Source: Lytechinus pictus
Lineage: Eukaryota
Assembly: GCF_037042905.1 (NCBI RefSeq)
Contig: NC_087245.1
Coordinates: 23,128,001 to 23,192,000, forward strand
Direction of reading: 5' to 3'
Length of the DNA stretch: 64,000 nt
Shown here: positions 15,001 through 27,600 of the stretch, in pieces
How positions within the stretch are numbered: the stretch's first letter is position 1
Layout of the letters: each line of letters opens with the position of its first letter
Notes under the pieces: generated by a model
Seen by the model: only the letters and a program-made list of their open reading frames with translations
Databases searched by the model: none
What the model was told of the DNA's origin: nothing
Made by a program: the position numbers and the translations under genes

Positions 15001-16810
15001 GCTTTACAACATAGTAAAAGCTTGTTTTTTGCCTCAATAAGGGCTCCATAATGATATTATTTTTGGAATGTTTTGTCAAAATCTGTCAAAAATTTGATTT
15101 CTTTTAAGTAAAAACGTCATTTGTTCTCACAGCTCTTAATACATTTTGCCCAATATGCCATGTCTGGCCCCTCATTCTTTTTTTTGGTGGTGGTGGGGGG
15201 GGGGGGGGTTGAATCCCTACATCACTGGTAATGAGTTTGGTTCTGATCAGATTATATCGCCAGTAAATAAGAAATTATTCATTCATGCAATGTTGGATCC
15301 CAAAATAGTTTCAAAGAACAGAGGTTATTGGCTGGTGAAACTATTTTTTTAAAGAATAGGATCATCATTAAGGTTATCTTACCCCAACTCCACCACTTGA
15401 AATACCCACCATCCGCCCCTGAATGAAATGTTCAAACAAAGTACATTAAAAGATATTAAGCATTTTATTTATGTTTGTTTTTATAGGTAGTGACAGCGGT
15501 AACAGCGGTAAGTAGTATGGAAGTGCAATTGATCTAAAAATCGGCACAAATTGGCCCCTCCATCTTCTCCTAATTAGTTTCATAATCGAAAATCAAGTGA
15601 AGTCAGAGAATAACTATTCAATGAAAATGTGATTATCTTAAGCATGATCGTTCCCCCTACCCCGATACTTGAAGCACACTCGCCCATATCCCTGAGCGGT
15701 TTCCATGACATTAAAAGTGGCTTTACTGTATCGCAAAAAACTAGTTTTTTTGCCTCAATAGGGGCTCCATAACAGCAGATTTTCCCCAAAATATGCAGAA
15801 TAAGGAAAGGGGTGGGTGACTTCGGCAGTGGTCAGAAGAAAGAACTGAGGTTTTTGTTTGGTGTAACTATTTACTGCCCCAACTCCAACACTTGAAATAC
15901 CCACCATCCGCCCCTGAATGAAATGTTAAAACAATGTACATTAAAAGATATTAAGCATTTTATTTATGTTTGTTTTTATAGGCAGTGACAGTGGTAACAG
16001 CGGTAAGTAGTTTGGAAGTGCAATTGATCTAAAAATCGGCACAAATTGGCCCCTCCATCTTCTGCTAATTAGTTTCATAATCGAAAATCAAGTGAAGTCA
16101 GAGAATAACTATTCAATGAAAATGAGATTATCTTAAGCATGATCGTTCCCCCGAACCCGCCTCTGGAAGCACACTCGCTCCGTCCCTGAGTGGTTTCATA
16201 ACAATAAAAGAGGCTTTACTGCAGAGAAGAAACTTATTTTGTTTGCCTCTATAGGGGCTCCATAATAGCAGATTTTTTACCATAAATACGCAAAATAAGG
16301 AAATGGGGTGGGAGACTTCGGCAGTTGTCAGAGAAAGAACAGAAGTTCTTGGCTGGTGAAACTATTTACTGCTAATGGAATCATCATTAAGGCTATCTTA
16401 TCCCAACTTCGCCATTTGAAATACCTACGATCCGCCCCTGAATGAAATGTTTAAACAAAGTACATTAAAAGATAATAAGCATTTTATTTCACATTTGTTT
16501 TTTATAGGCGAGGACAGTAGTAACAGTGGTAAGTAGTTTGGAAGTACAATTGGTTTGAAAATCGGCACTATTTGGCCCCTCTATCTTCTGCTAATTAGTT
16601 TCATAATCGAAAATCAAGTGAAGTCAGAGAATAACTATTCAATGAAAATGTGATTATCTTAAGAGTGGTCGTTCCCCCGACCCCGCCACTTGAAGCACAC
16701 TCGCCCTTATCCCTGAGCGGTTTTCATGACAATAAAAGTGGCTTTACAACATAGCAAAAACTTTGTTTGGCCTCAATAGGGGCTCCATAATAGCAGATTT
16801 TCCAATAAAT
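1..16810. repeat. Highly homogeneous tandem array of long (~720-745 bp) and short (~495-550 bp) units with higher-order structure; continues beyond the left edge
   Basis: Near-identical units. The short unit (marker gaatgaaaatgtgattatctttagagtgat) recurs at 1, 2014, 3281, 6734, 10923, 13651. Higher-order offsets are ~4188 bp (5839/10027, 6580/10769, 7128/11317) and ~2728 bp (10769/13497, 11317/14043, 12756/15487). Confidence 0.97.
393..16528 (+). CDS. Array of 25 tandemly duplicated 21-nt microexons encoding G/V-S-D-S-G-N/K-S heptads
   Basis: Exon starts at 393, 1116, 1860, 2406, 3127, 3673, 4395, 5118, 5839, 6580, 7128, 7846, 8565, 9307, 10027, 10769, 11317, 12037, 12756, 13497, 14043, 14768, 15487, 15982, 16508. 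Each is 21 nt, follows a T-rich tract plus TAG and precedes GTAAGT. Only phase 1 is stop-free in all copies, and several variants are synonymous (GAC/GAT, AGC/AGT, GGC/GGT). Confidence 0.82.
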
Positions 16811-19800
16811 AGGCAAAACAAGAAAAGGGTGGGTGACTTTGTCAGCCCCCTGGGTGGGATAGGCTTTGATTCCCAGCACTTCTTTATAGTAAGCTTATAG
16901 GAAAAAAAATCACCCCCTTTAGCCTCCAAGTATTTTGAAGAAAATTAAAGTGGCTTCAATATATAGCAGAAACACCCCTTGTTTCATGAGGCTCCAAAAT
17001 CTGGAATTTTCCACGAAAAATTGGTGGGTGACCTCAACATAATTGAAAGCGTACTCATTAAAAATTTTCACATTGTGCAAAATAATATTTTTCATGAAAA
17101 ATCAAAGATAGCCGCCAAAATTGCCAATTTTGAAGCCCATGGGACACGATTTGGCAAACGATGGTGTTTTTATCTGCTTATCATCCTATTGATGTTTACA
17201 ACATGAAGCTGATAATCTTGATTTTGTGTTGATTTATATAGGTGATGATAGCAATCCTAGCGCCGACGGTGGTGACGATGGTTAGTATTTCCTACAATGG
17301 AAAATAATGTAAGGTCGGCATTTAAAAAAAAAAAAAAATGAAGGCTGGATACGAAATATGCATCGTAACAAAAAATTAAATGACAAAAAAATTGTTATAA
17401 CTTTAGCTTAAAATCTGGGATAGTGGGTAGCCATAGTGATGGTGGTGATGATGATTATAATAACAATTATTTGAAATAATAGGGATTGTAAGATAAACGA
17501 GTAATACATTTTGAGATCAGTAAAAATAAGTTACCTTTAATGGAATCTTCTCCCTCCCCCATTAGAGTACACCAGCGTCGCCCTAGCCTCTTGTCAAAGC
17601 CCTGATGGCTGCTTTTTGTCAAATGAACAAATAGATATAACGAAAAGGAGTATACATCTCTCAAAAGAAGCAATGGACTATAATTGATCTATTGTCATAT
17701 AGGGTAAAACGGCTCTTACACGTTCAAAGATTTCAACGCGGATCACCGTGGATCTCATTCCTCTTCGATGTTCTAGCTAGTATACCAGGACCAAGGGAAC
17801 GATTTCTTTTTCTACACTGTTAGAAAAATTATCCTTAAAATAAAAGAAGTTCCTGCAGCAGAGTCTCGAGAACACCTGTCATCTTACTAGATTGCGTAAT
17901 CTTACAGGAAATTGGTATTTGGTGTAAGGAACCGTACAAATTTCCTTTAATAAAACACCCTTTTCCCCTTTTTAAACAGACCTGTTCTGTTAAATTGCAG
18001 AAAATTCCTGTTTTATGAATTTACAGAATGATTATCTTATTGATTTCTGCAAAATCTTCTTTTTTCTGTAAAATCAGGGGTTTTTTTAACAGTGTAGGGG
18101 AAGCTGGTTTGGAACAAAAATTTCACAAGTAAAAAAAAAAAGGAGACCATTCCAAAATGAATGTGATTTTGGTCAGGAAAAATTTGAAAAGCAAAATATG
18201 AAAATTAAAAGGGTTTCACTATTAAAGTGAAGGTGATTTTTTTACTGTTTAGCATACCTATCTCATTTCCAGAGTGGGCTTCCCATGGTGAATAACACAC
18301 GAGGCACCCCCCCCCCCGACAAATCTTTGGGGTGCTCTAAAAAACCCCAGCACCCCCTCCCTCCCAGGATCTTGCTAGCTACTCTTTTAACAGAAACAAC
18401 AACAAAAAAAGTGAAAATTAAAAAGGGAAAATAAGTTTGTAAAAATTCAAAGTGGGCACTGTACTAAAATATGTATAACAATCAAACCATCAATGCCTTT
18501 GTCAGTAAATATTAAAACCATCATGGTGCTTTATCGACCTTTCTCATACGCGAAATCAATTTTTTGTAAATAGGATCATTATTAAGGTTATCTTGCCCGA
18601 ACTCCACCAAGTGAAATACCCACCAGCCGCCCCTGAATGAAATGTTAAAACAAAGTATGTTAAAAGATAATAGGCATTTTCTTTATGTTTGTTTTTATAG
18701 GTAGTGACGGCAGTAACAGCGGTAAGTAGTTTGGAAGTGCAATTGATTTAAAAATCGGCACAAAATGACTCCTTCAACTTTTGCTAATTAGTGTCATAAT
18801 CAAACAAATTAATGAAATATAATCGAAAATCAAGTGAAGTCAGAGTACAACTATTCAATGAAAATTTGATTATCTTTAGAGTGATCGTTCCCCCGACACC
18901 GCCGCTTGAAGCACACTCGCTCCGTCTCTGAGTGGTTTCATGACAATAAAAGTGGCTTTACAACATAGCAGAAACTTATTTTTGGGCCTCAATAGGGGCT
19001 CCATAATGATATAATTTTTTGAATATTTTGTCAAAATCTGTCAAAAATTTGATTTCTTTTGATTAAAAACGTCATTTGTTCTCACAGCCCTTTAGACATT
19101 TTGCCCCATATGCCATGTCTAGCCCTCTCATTTTTTTTTGGTGGTGGTGGGGGGGGGGGGTTGATTCCCTACACCACTGGTAATGAGTTTGGTTTGGATC
19201 AGATTTTATCGCCATTAAACAAGATAATATTATTAATTCATGCAGGCAATAGGCAATAAATAGGCAAAACAAGAAAAGGGTGAGTGACTTCGGCAGCCCC
19301 CTGAGTGGGATAGGCTTCGATTTCCCAGCTAATATAAAAAAATCACCCCCTTTAGTCTCCAAGCATTTTGAAGAAAATTAAAGTGGCTTCAATATATAGC
19401 AGAAACGTCCCTTGTCTCATGAGGCTCAAAAATTGAGAATTTTCCAAGAAAAATGGGTGGGTGACTTCAACATAATTGAAAGAGTACTCATTCAAAATGT
19501 TCACATTGTGCAAAGAAAAATATTTCTCATGAAAAATCAAAGATAGCCGCCAAAATTGCCTATTTTGAAGCCCACGGGACACGATTTGGCAAACGATGGT
19601 ATTTTAATCTGCTTGTCATCCTATCGATGATGACAACAGAAGAAGTGTAATGTTTACAACGTAAAGCCGATAATCTTGATTTTGTGTTGATTTGTATAGG
19701 TGATGACAGCAATGCTAGCGTCGACGGTGATGACGATGGTTAGTATTTCCTATACAAGGGAAAATAATGTAAGGTCGGCATTTATAAAAAGGAAAATGAA

Positions 19801-22800
19801 GACTGGATACGAAATATGCATCGTAACAAATTATTAAATGAAAAAGAAAATTGTTATAACTTTAACTTAAAATCTGGGAAAGTGGGTAGCCATAGTGATG
19901 ATGGTGATGATGATAATAATAACAATTATTTGAAATAATAGGGATTGTAAGATAAAAGAGTAATACATTTTGAGATCAGTAAAAATAAGTTACCTTTAAT
20001 GGAATCTTCCCCCTGCCCCATTAGAGTACACCAGCGTCGCCCTAGCCTCTTGTCAAAGCCCTGACGGCTGCTTTTTATCGAATGAACAAATAGATATAAC
20101 GAAAAGGAGTATACATCTCTCAAAAGAAGCGATGGACTTTTGATATATTGTCATATAGGTTAAAATGGCTTTTACACATTCAAAGATTTCAACGCGGATC
20201 ACCGTGGATCGTCATTCCTCTTCGATGTTCTAGCTACCAGGACCAAGGGAACGATTTTAATTTTTTACTAGGGGGTGCTGGTTTGAAAGAAAAAATTCAC
20301 AAGTAAAAAAAAAGGGGGGGGCATTCCAAAATGAAGATTTTGGTCAGGAAAAATTTGAAAAGCAAAATATAAGAAAGGAAAAAGGGTTTCACTATCAAAG
20401 TGAGGTGATTTTTTTACTGTTTAGCATACCTTTCTGATTTCCAGAGTGGGCTTCCCATGGTGAATAACACACGCAGCACCCCCCTCCCCGACAAATCTTT
20501 CGGTGCCTCAAGACCCCCAGCACACCCTCCCTCTATAGCTACTCTCTAATGTAACATAAACAACAATAAGAAAAGTAAAAAGTTTAAGGGGAAAATAAGA
20601 TTTTTTTTAATGTAAATATAGTACCATACAAAATTATTATACAAATTATAGAACTCTTATGAAAACTTGATCAATGGCAGATATGAGATGAAACATGGAA
20701 CACTGACAAATAATCATCCATATGTAACAGGATAAGTCCTCCCCAAAAATATATATATGTTTTTTGTCTCGCATACCAGAGGTGAAGGCGAGACTTAGGG
20801 ATCCAAATGTCGTCCGTCCGTCCGTCACAAACATAACACAGAACTCCGCAACCGTAAGTCGCTTTTCAGCCAAACTTGGACGTAAGATGTAACTAGGGAA
20901 CCTGCATGTTATGCTGCAGTCGGAGGTCACGTGGTAAGGTCAAAGGTCATTTTCATGTCAACGTTAAAGTCTACTTGCAAGACTCTCTTATGACACATAA
21001 CTCTGCAACCGTAAGTCATTATTCACCCAAACTTGGGTTGTACATATACTGAGGAGAACTGCATGTCATGGCGCAATCAGAGGTCACATGGTAAGGTCAA
21101 AGTTCATTTTTAGGTCAATGTTATGACACATAATGGCAACCGTAATTCACTTGTAAATCAAACTTGGGTTGTAGGTGTACTTAGGAGCCCTGCATGTTAT
21201 TGTGTTCGGAGGTCACATGGTAAGCAAGGTCAAAGTTCATTTTGAGGTCAACATTAAAGTTTACAGGCAAGATTTTTGTGAAAAATGTTATTTCATCCTA
21301 GTTATTTCACATTGAAGATTTGTTACAATTCTGTTGCGAGCCCTCGCAAATCACAATATATCTGGTTATGTTTATAAGTGGGTGAGACACAAAATCGCCT
21401 ATGCCTTGTTTAGTTTGCGTTCATCTGCCTATACATATCATTGCCATAATTATATTCATATTTTGATATACATGTACCCTTCTTAATTTAACCAGCTATG
21501 TTTCTCGCTCTTCAGTTTCCCACTGGGGTTGAATCAGAATTACATATGAGTATTACTACTCTCATACTCCTCTCTACTGTCCTCATCTCCCCCCAACCCT
21601 CTTCCCTACTCTATTGTATCTCCTTTTCCCATTTTCTCTACACTCTGGTCTTCCTTTCCTTAATCTGCCAAGTCACCCAAAGTGTTTGTCTTTTTATTTG
21701 TAAATAATATATTTATAATGTTTTATTGCTTTATCATGTTATCATATTATTGTTATATTTTGTAAATCCAATGCAATTCAGCCTAAATGGCTGCGATATG
21801 TGGATATTCTAATAAAAACTTCAAACCTTCAAACCTATAGGCCCTGACGCTGACGCTGGTGACAGTGACGTTGGTGAGTATCTTATTGAAGAGAAATATG
21901 AAAAAAATACTTTCTTAATCAAGAAGAAATAGAGATTAATAATAATGATAGGCATTTATATAGCGCCATCTAACTAGAAATATTCTATTCCGAGGCGCAT
22001 TGTTTATTATTATTATTACCCCGGCTTTAGCTCGAATTGCCTTTCAGCGCTCAGTGCATTCAAGGAATTACTCCTGCCGGGTACCCATTCACCTCACCTG
22101 GGTTGAGTGCAGCTCAATGTGGATAAATGTCTTGCTGAAGGAAATTACGCCATGGCTGGGATTCGAACCCACGACCCTCTGTTTCAAAGTCAGAAGACTA
22201 ATCCACTGGGCCACAACGCTCCACAGGATGAGCATATCCGGTCAATGGCATTTAATTTTGTTTGGTATTACTGCGGAAGTAATAATATACCATAAATTGA
22301 TAATGATAATTGTTTTGGATAAAATGATAAAGATATATGAATTTAAAGAAATCCTTTGTCTAATTTTATAATCACATTGAAAAAAGGCTGATGATATGCA
22401 ACGCACCTGAAGGAATAATGACGGAAAAAGTCAAATACGAATGTACTGCAATGTGATGTTTATATTATATGGTAGCTCCATCATCAGTAAATAATGTTTT
22501 TACGTTGTGCCCTGAATAATATAAAGCAAAATTGGTCTCCATATGATTTTTATTTTTTGGCCTATTCTTGGTTTTGTATATTGGAGTTGATAGTGAAAAT
22601 TGAAGAAGCTGCATGTAAAAATGAGTTTTTATTATGTCTTTTTTTTTCAGCAGTTGCTAATCCACCACCTCCTCCTCGTAAGTTATACTTAAAGATCAAC
22701 TCTACCCAGAATAATGTTGGCTGTAATTAATAGAGCAAAATCAAAGAAGCATAAACGCTGAAAATTTCATAAAAAACGGATGTAAAATAAGAAAATTATG

Positions 22801-24598
22801 ACATTACAAGGTTTCGCTTATTTTTCACAAAACAGTCATGTGCATAAACTCAGTGACATGCAAATGAGAGTCGATGATGTCCCTCACTTACTATTTCTTT
22901 TGGGGGTTTTTATTGTTCGAATTATACAATATTTCAATTGTTAACAAATTTGAGAATAGGGGCCAAAATGACTGAACAAAAAATGTTAAATCACTGCTCT
23001 AGGAGGAATAAAAATTTGTTTTACAGGAAAATGAGGAAAATTAGAATATTTCATACAATAAAATACAAAAGAAATAGTGAGTGTGTGACGTCCTGAAAGC
23101 TCTCACTTGCATACGGACTAGGATGTGCATATTACATCTGATTTTGATGAAATTATCAGTGTTATGCAAATTGGATTTCCCCCATTTTATTCGAATGAAC
23201 TTTTCATTCGGATGGACGTGTCCTTTAACGATATTACAATTTCTATCAAAGTCATGTTTTACTAAATAATATATATAGCCAGTTATCCGTAAAGAGATTC
23301 ATCTGATTGGTAGAACTAAAACAAACAACTTTTCATCTTTTCACAATAAATTTGGATTTTACTTTGTGAGCCTCTGCATACTTGTTTCTGCCACGGAAAT
23401 AACCTGCATGGTTCTTCAGACTAGCGCTTACACGCCGTAGACGGGGGAGTATCGGCAGCGCGACAGTCGGTGAGAATGGGAATGTACCTTGTTCTTCTGG
23501 ATGTGAATGACCTCCCTAATCCACTTTTTGTTTATTTATTGTAATTTCTAGCTAGGATCTGGCTCATATTCCAGTTTATTTTTGTGATTCCTTTGGGTTA
23601 ATGGTCACTAATTGCCGTTTGTCCAGTTTCTCCTAGATTGCAAGGAATTTGGTATATACCAACCTTTTGAGTCATCAGATTCAATAGGGGTGGTATACTG
23701 ACTTCTTTACCATGATTGCAACAAGGTGTATATTGGAGAAACTGCAAGGAAGTTTGGAATAAAGAAGGCTGAAAACAAACAAGAAGCGGAGAGTCTAAGC
23801 AAAGCCCACTTCACAAGATCGAGAAGGGGGGGGGGGTGGGGGAACTGTTAGTGACCATTTAGCCAAAAGAAATCACACAATAAACTGTAATAAGAGCCAG
23901 ACCCGAGGTAGAGATGATAATGAATACACAGTGTGGATTGGGGAGGCCATTCACATCCAAAAGAAACATTCAATGAACAGAGACGCTGGACAATACAAAC
24001 TTTCTACTTATGGACATTTCTATTCTCACGGACTGCCGCGCTACCGATACTACCCCCATCTACGGCGAGTCAGCGCTAGTCTGAAGAAAGCCTGCAGAAC
24101 CGAGAAGGCGAAATCGCACAAAAAATGAAAATCTATTTCATTTTATTTAATATTAGCCAGTGTCTTTTTCATGAAATGTTTTCTGTCAGATCATGATTTG
24201 AAAAAATGGTTACAAAGCTTATTTATTTATGATTTAAATCATTCCTATTCATATAATTGTAAATATACAGAGAAATCATAATGATAAATGTACTATCATT
24301 AATAATGGTAATCGTATATTCATCATTATATTCCCTTAGGTATTAAGGTCTTAACTTTCTATGTTAATGCAAGAGACTCGTTTTTGCTCCTAAATTAACC
24401 AATACGTTTTTGGTATTTGTAAACAGCTCCTGGCCCGGTTGAATGTGCCACAGGTCCACAGTTTATCGGTGCAATCGACCCAGTCAACGGTATCACCATC
24501 TCCTTCACTATTGTCACCGATGCTGATGTTTTCATAGTCGCATTTTCCCCGAAATATACGTATTCTGGCCCTGAAGTCTATCAGATGAGTAAGTATAT

Positions 24599-24644
<46 letters not shown>

Positions 24645-27600
24645 GTGTGGGGATGTGACTGATGTGTGTGTATATTATGAATAAAATAAGTTTTAATTTT
24701 AACGACATTCTCTTTGTACCAATTGCGATTATTTCATTCCTTATAACAGTTTAATATGTGCCGATACTCGCAGTGGTCATGGTGGTCGGGGTGGGGTGCT
24801 TGCTTCGACCTGTTTTTTGCCCAGTACCAACCCAGTTTTGTCAGAATGATGAAATAAATACCAAGGATATGGAATGTGGTATAGCATTTTTGCATTGCAC
24901 TGAAGAGTAGATTCATGTTTACAGTGTTATAGGAAAGTTCCTATGTCCGGAATTGAAAATAGGATCTTCCTTTTATTTGCCGGTGCCGGTGGGGGGGGGG
25001 GGGCAGTGGGCTATGATTCCTCCGTCTACCCCCCCAAAAAAAGCACTATCGCCACTCTTCAGCTTATGGGAGAGGTTACAATAAAAAAAAACCAAACTTG
25101 CAAGCGTGTTCGAATGCTGAGGCGTTAGCGGACGCACAGTAAATTGCCTCTTTTTTTCAATTTCACAGAGCACCGCATCGTCTTGTTTCCAGAAAGGGTA
25201 CTTTTTGTGGTTAATAGCATGAAAGACGAAAAGAGGGGCGCGTTCAATAATCATATGTTATTCTCCAAGTTAACATCCTTGGAACGCTTTCGAAAGAGGG
25301 GGCTGACCAAAAAATCACAATCAGATGGTGATATTTTGGGATTTGGAAAAAATATATTATGGTAGAGTAATCCGTTAGGAATACAATAAAATGGACTGTT
25401 AGATTTAGTAATCGAGAGTGCTTATGCGTCATAACCATGAACGTAAATCCAAATTTGAATTTTAACTTGCACAATATAATTATATAAGGATAAAACAGGC
25501 GCGTAGCCAGGGGGGGCGGTGGGGGCGGTCGCCCCCCCCCCCCCCAAAACGTCCCCAAAAAGAAAAAAAAAGAAGGGAAAAAAGAGAGGAAAAAAGGAAA
25601 AGGGAAGGGAGGAAAGGGAAGAAAGGTAGCTTTGTCGTTTTTTTTTCTTTTTATTCTTTATTTTTTTTTCTCAAAAGAGAAACTCCTTCACTCTTGCTCT
25701 AAATTTATATATGAATTTTGCTTCCGCGCTGCGCGCGGTTAAATGACAATATTGAAGTTCTCCATTGTTTCCTCCACCCTTTCTCTAACCCTTCTTTCCA
25801 CCTCAGCTATATGTGTTTATTGCCAGTTAAAGTTCAAATATATACATTATGGCATGGAATTAGAGTAAGGTTAGGCCGAAGTATATGAAGTTATCTTTTT
25901 TTTTTTGATCGTGCAACTTCTGGTCGGGTCGGCTCCAGGCGGGTAAAATCTTTATATCAATTTCTGCCGTCACCTCCATAAAGTCAACTTCTCCCGCTTT
26001 TCAGCTCTTTACTAAACAACCATAATTTGCGGCAAACAGGTTCCTAATTTAAAAAGAGGAATGTATAAAATTCGTGTCGTATTGAATAAAAAAGTACAAT
26101 ATTTTTTTTCAAATTCTATTAATCTTCATGTTATTTCCCTGCACATTCATCTCCTGTCCTGTTTTGCGCCCTCAGTTTGAAATTTTGAATGACACTCAGG
26201 GGCCGCGGAACGGTTTTCAAAGTGGGGGGCTGACCATGCAAAAAATCACAATCTTATGGTCATTTTTCCGTTTTTGTACACGGTTTTGGAAAAAGTGGGG
26301 GGGGGGGACTGAAGCCCCCCAGCCCCCCCCCCCCGCTTCTGCGGCTCCTGACACTTAGGTTTCTTTATAATTCAAAATGAAGCGCTTCAGGATAAGTCAT
26401 AGAAATTAGGCATCTTTTTTATATAATTTCAATAAATCACTGAAGTTTCAACTTTTTGCGCACTATTTTCCTTGTAATGAAGTTCAATAATCTTAGGAAA
26501 TGAATTGAATTAGAGCCGATGGGGTATTAAAGATATCTGCATTTGATGAAACGTCCGCCCTTTGAAATTTCAGAGTTTTATTGCTCTGCGCGGGGAGGAA
26601 TATCTTCCTCCCGGCATAAACACTTCTTCTCCTCTGTTTTGCGAGTTAAAGATATATGCACTGTCGCTAAATTGTTTGTATTCAAATCTGATCTTTCCAA
26701 GGGAAGTATTCAATATATCTTTGAGAATACCCTTTTCTCGGGACCCTTTTCATGGCAAAAAAATTGATAAAACGCTTTAGCTTCCGCGCTTCGCGCGGGG
26801 TTATTATGATTTTAATTTCCTCCATTGTATTCCTTTTTGTGCGTTCACAATCACTTTTGAAAACAAGGTTCAAAATCACAATATAGTCAACTGAATTGGA
26901 GCTGATATAGGTACTAGAGTCAGAGAGACGGCTCCTTTTTCATTTTAATTTATGAAACACCAAAAGCTTCGCGCTTCGCACGGGAGGGGGAAACTCCCCC
27001 TCCCTGCACCCACCCCCTAGGGAGCGCGCTTCGCGCGCTCTGTAAGTGTTGGCACGCTTCGCGTGCATTTCCCGCCCCCTCCAAAATGAAATCCTGGCTA
27101 CGCGGTTGGGATAAAACGCAAGACGTATCAATGAAGACGACGTCGAATCATGTGTTACAGACTGACAGAGGGAATAGTACTGAGTAAATACACTGTCAGG
27201 GATGATGGAAGGACAAGAAAATCCCTAGGCATTTTTTTTGCCCAAAATAGAAATAAATGGATGATTTTATTACACAATTAAGTCGTCTTGAGTTTTCCAT
27301 GCTTCATTTTTTGCATATTTCTCTTATTTCCCTTCTATTATGCTATCCCTTTTCGATTCCTATCCACTTAGGATCATCTTACTTTGCCAAATCGCTGGGA
27401 AAACGAAATATAACGGAGGCGTGAATTGCCCCCCCCCCCTCCGTGTCTTATGGCTTTTAAATAACTAATTTGATCCTTGAATGATTTGGCTTAATATTCT
27501 GATGTGATGCTGAACATTGCCATTGAGCCTGACATTTCGGCGTATTGTCGAAATCTGGGTTGCAATTTGATTCTTTTTATTTTGTTTGTTGTTCTTAGGG

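Larger units (their letters stand above)
16340..20610. repeat. Older, diverged two-copy tandem duplication (~16.3-18.45 kb and ~18.57-20.6 kb), each copy holding one 21-nt and one 39-nt exon
   Basis: Colinear similarity, e.g. 16800-17810 vs 19255-20260 and 18097-18440 vs 20271-20605. Boundaries are approximate. Confidence 0.9.

Noticed and set aside
811..15210. Intronic (GGT)n-poly-G tracts as functional G-quadruplex splicing elements
   Set aside because: Poly-G/C runs are ubiquitous in this window's MITE-derived DNA and are absent from the short units, so there is no specific evidence.
811..15789. Repeated 63-78 aa ORFs (MTKHSKNN..., ...SPYITGNEFGSDQ...) as a tandem small-protein gene family
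   Set aside because: They mostly use non-ATG starts, are broken by homopolymer length changes in many copies and lie in predicted introns; they recur only because the DNA is repeated.
393..16528. Alternative reading of the microexon as AVTAVTA (antifreeze-like Ala/Thr repeat)
   Set aside because: Phase 0 gives TAA in the six V-type copies, makes the silent variants nonsynonymous and is incompatible with the downstream phase-1 exons.
1..16810. CRISPR array, rDNA/snRNA/histone cluster or purely non-coding satellite
   Set aside because: There are no unique spacers or recognisable RNA or histone genes, and the conserved splice cassette in each unit explains the array better.
22140..22222. tRNA gene on the minus strand
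   Set aside because: A and B boxes are present, but the sequence continues into a SINE body and tail without a proper acceptor stem.
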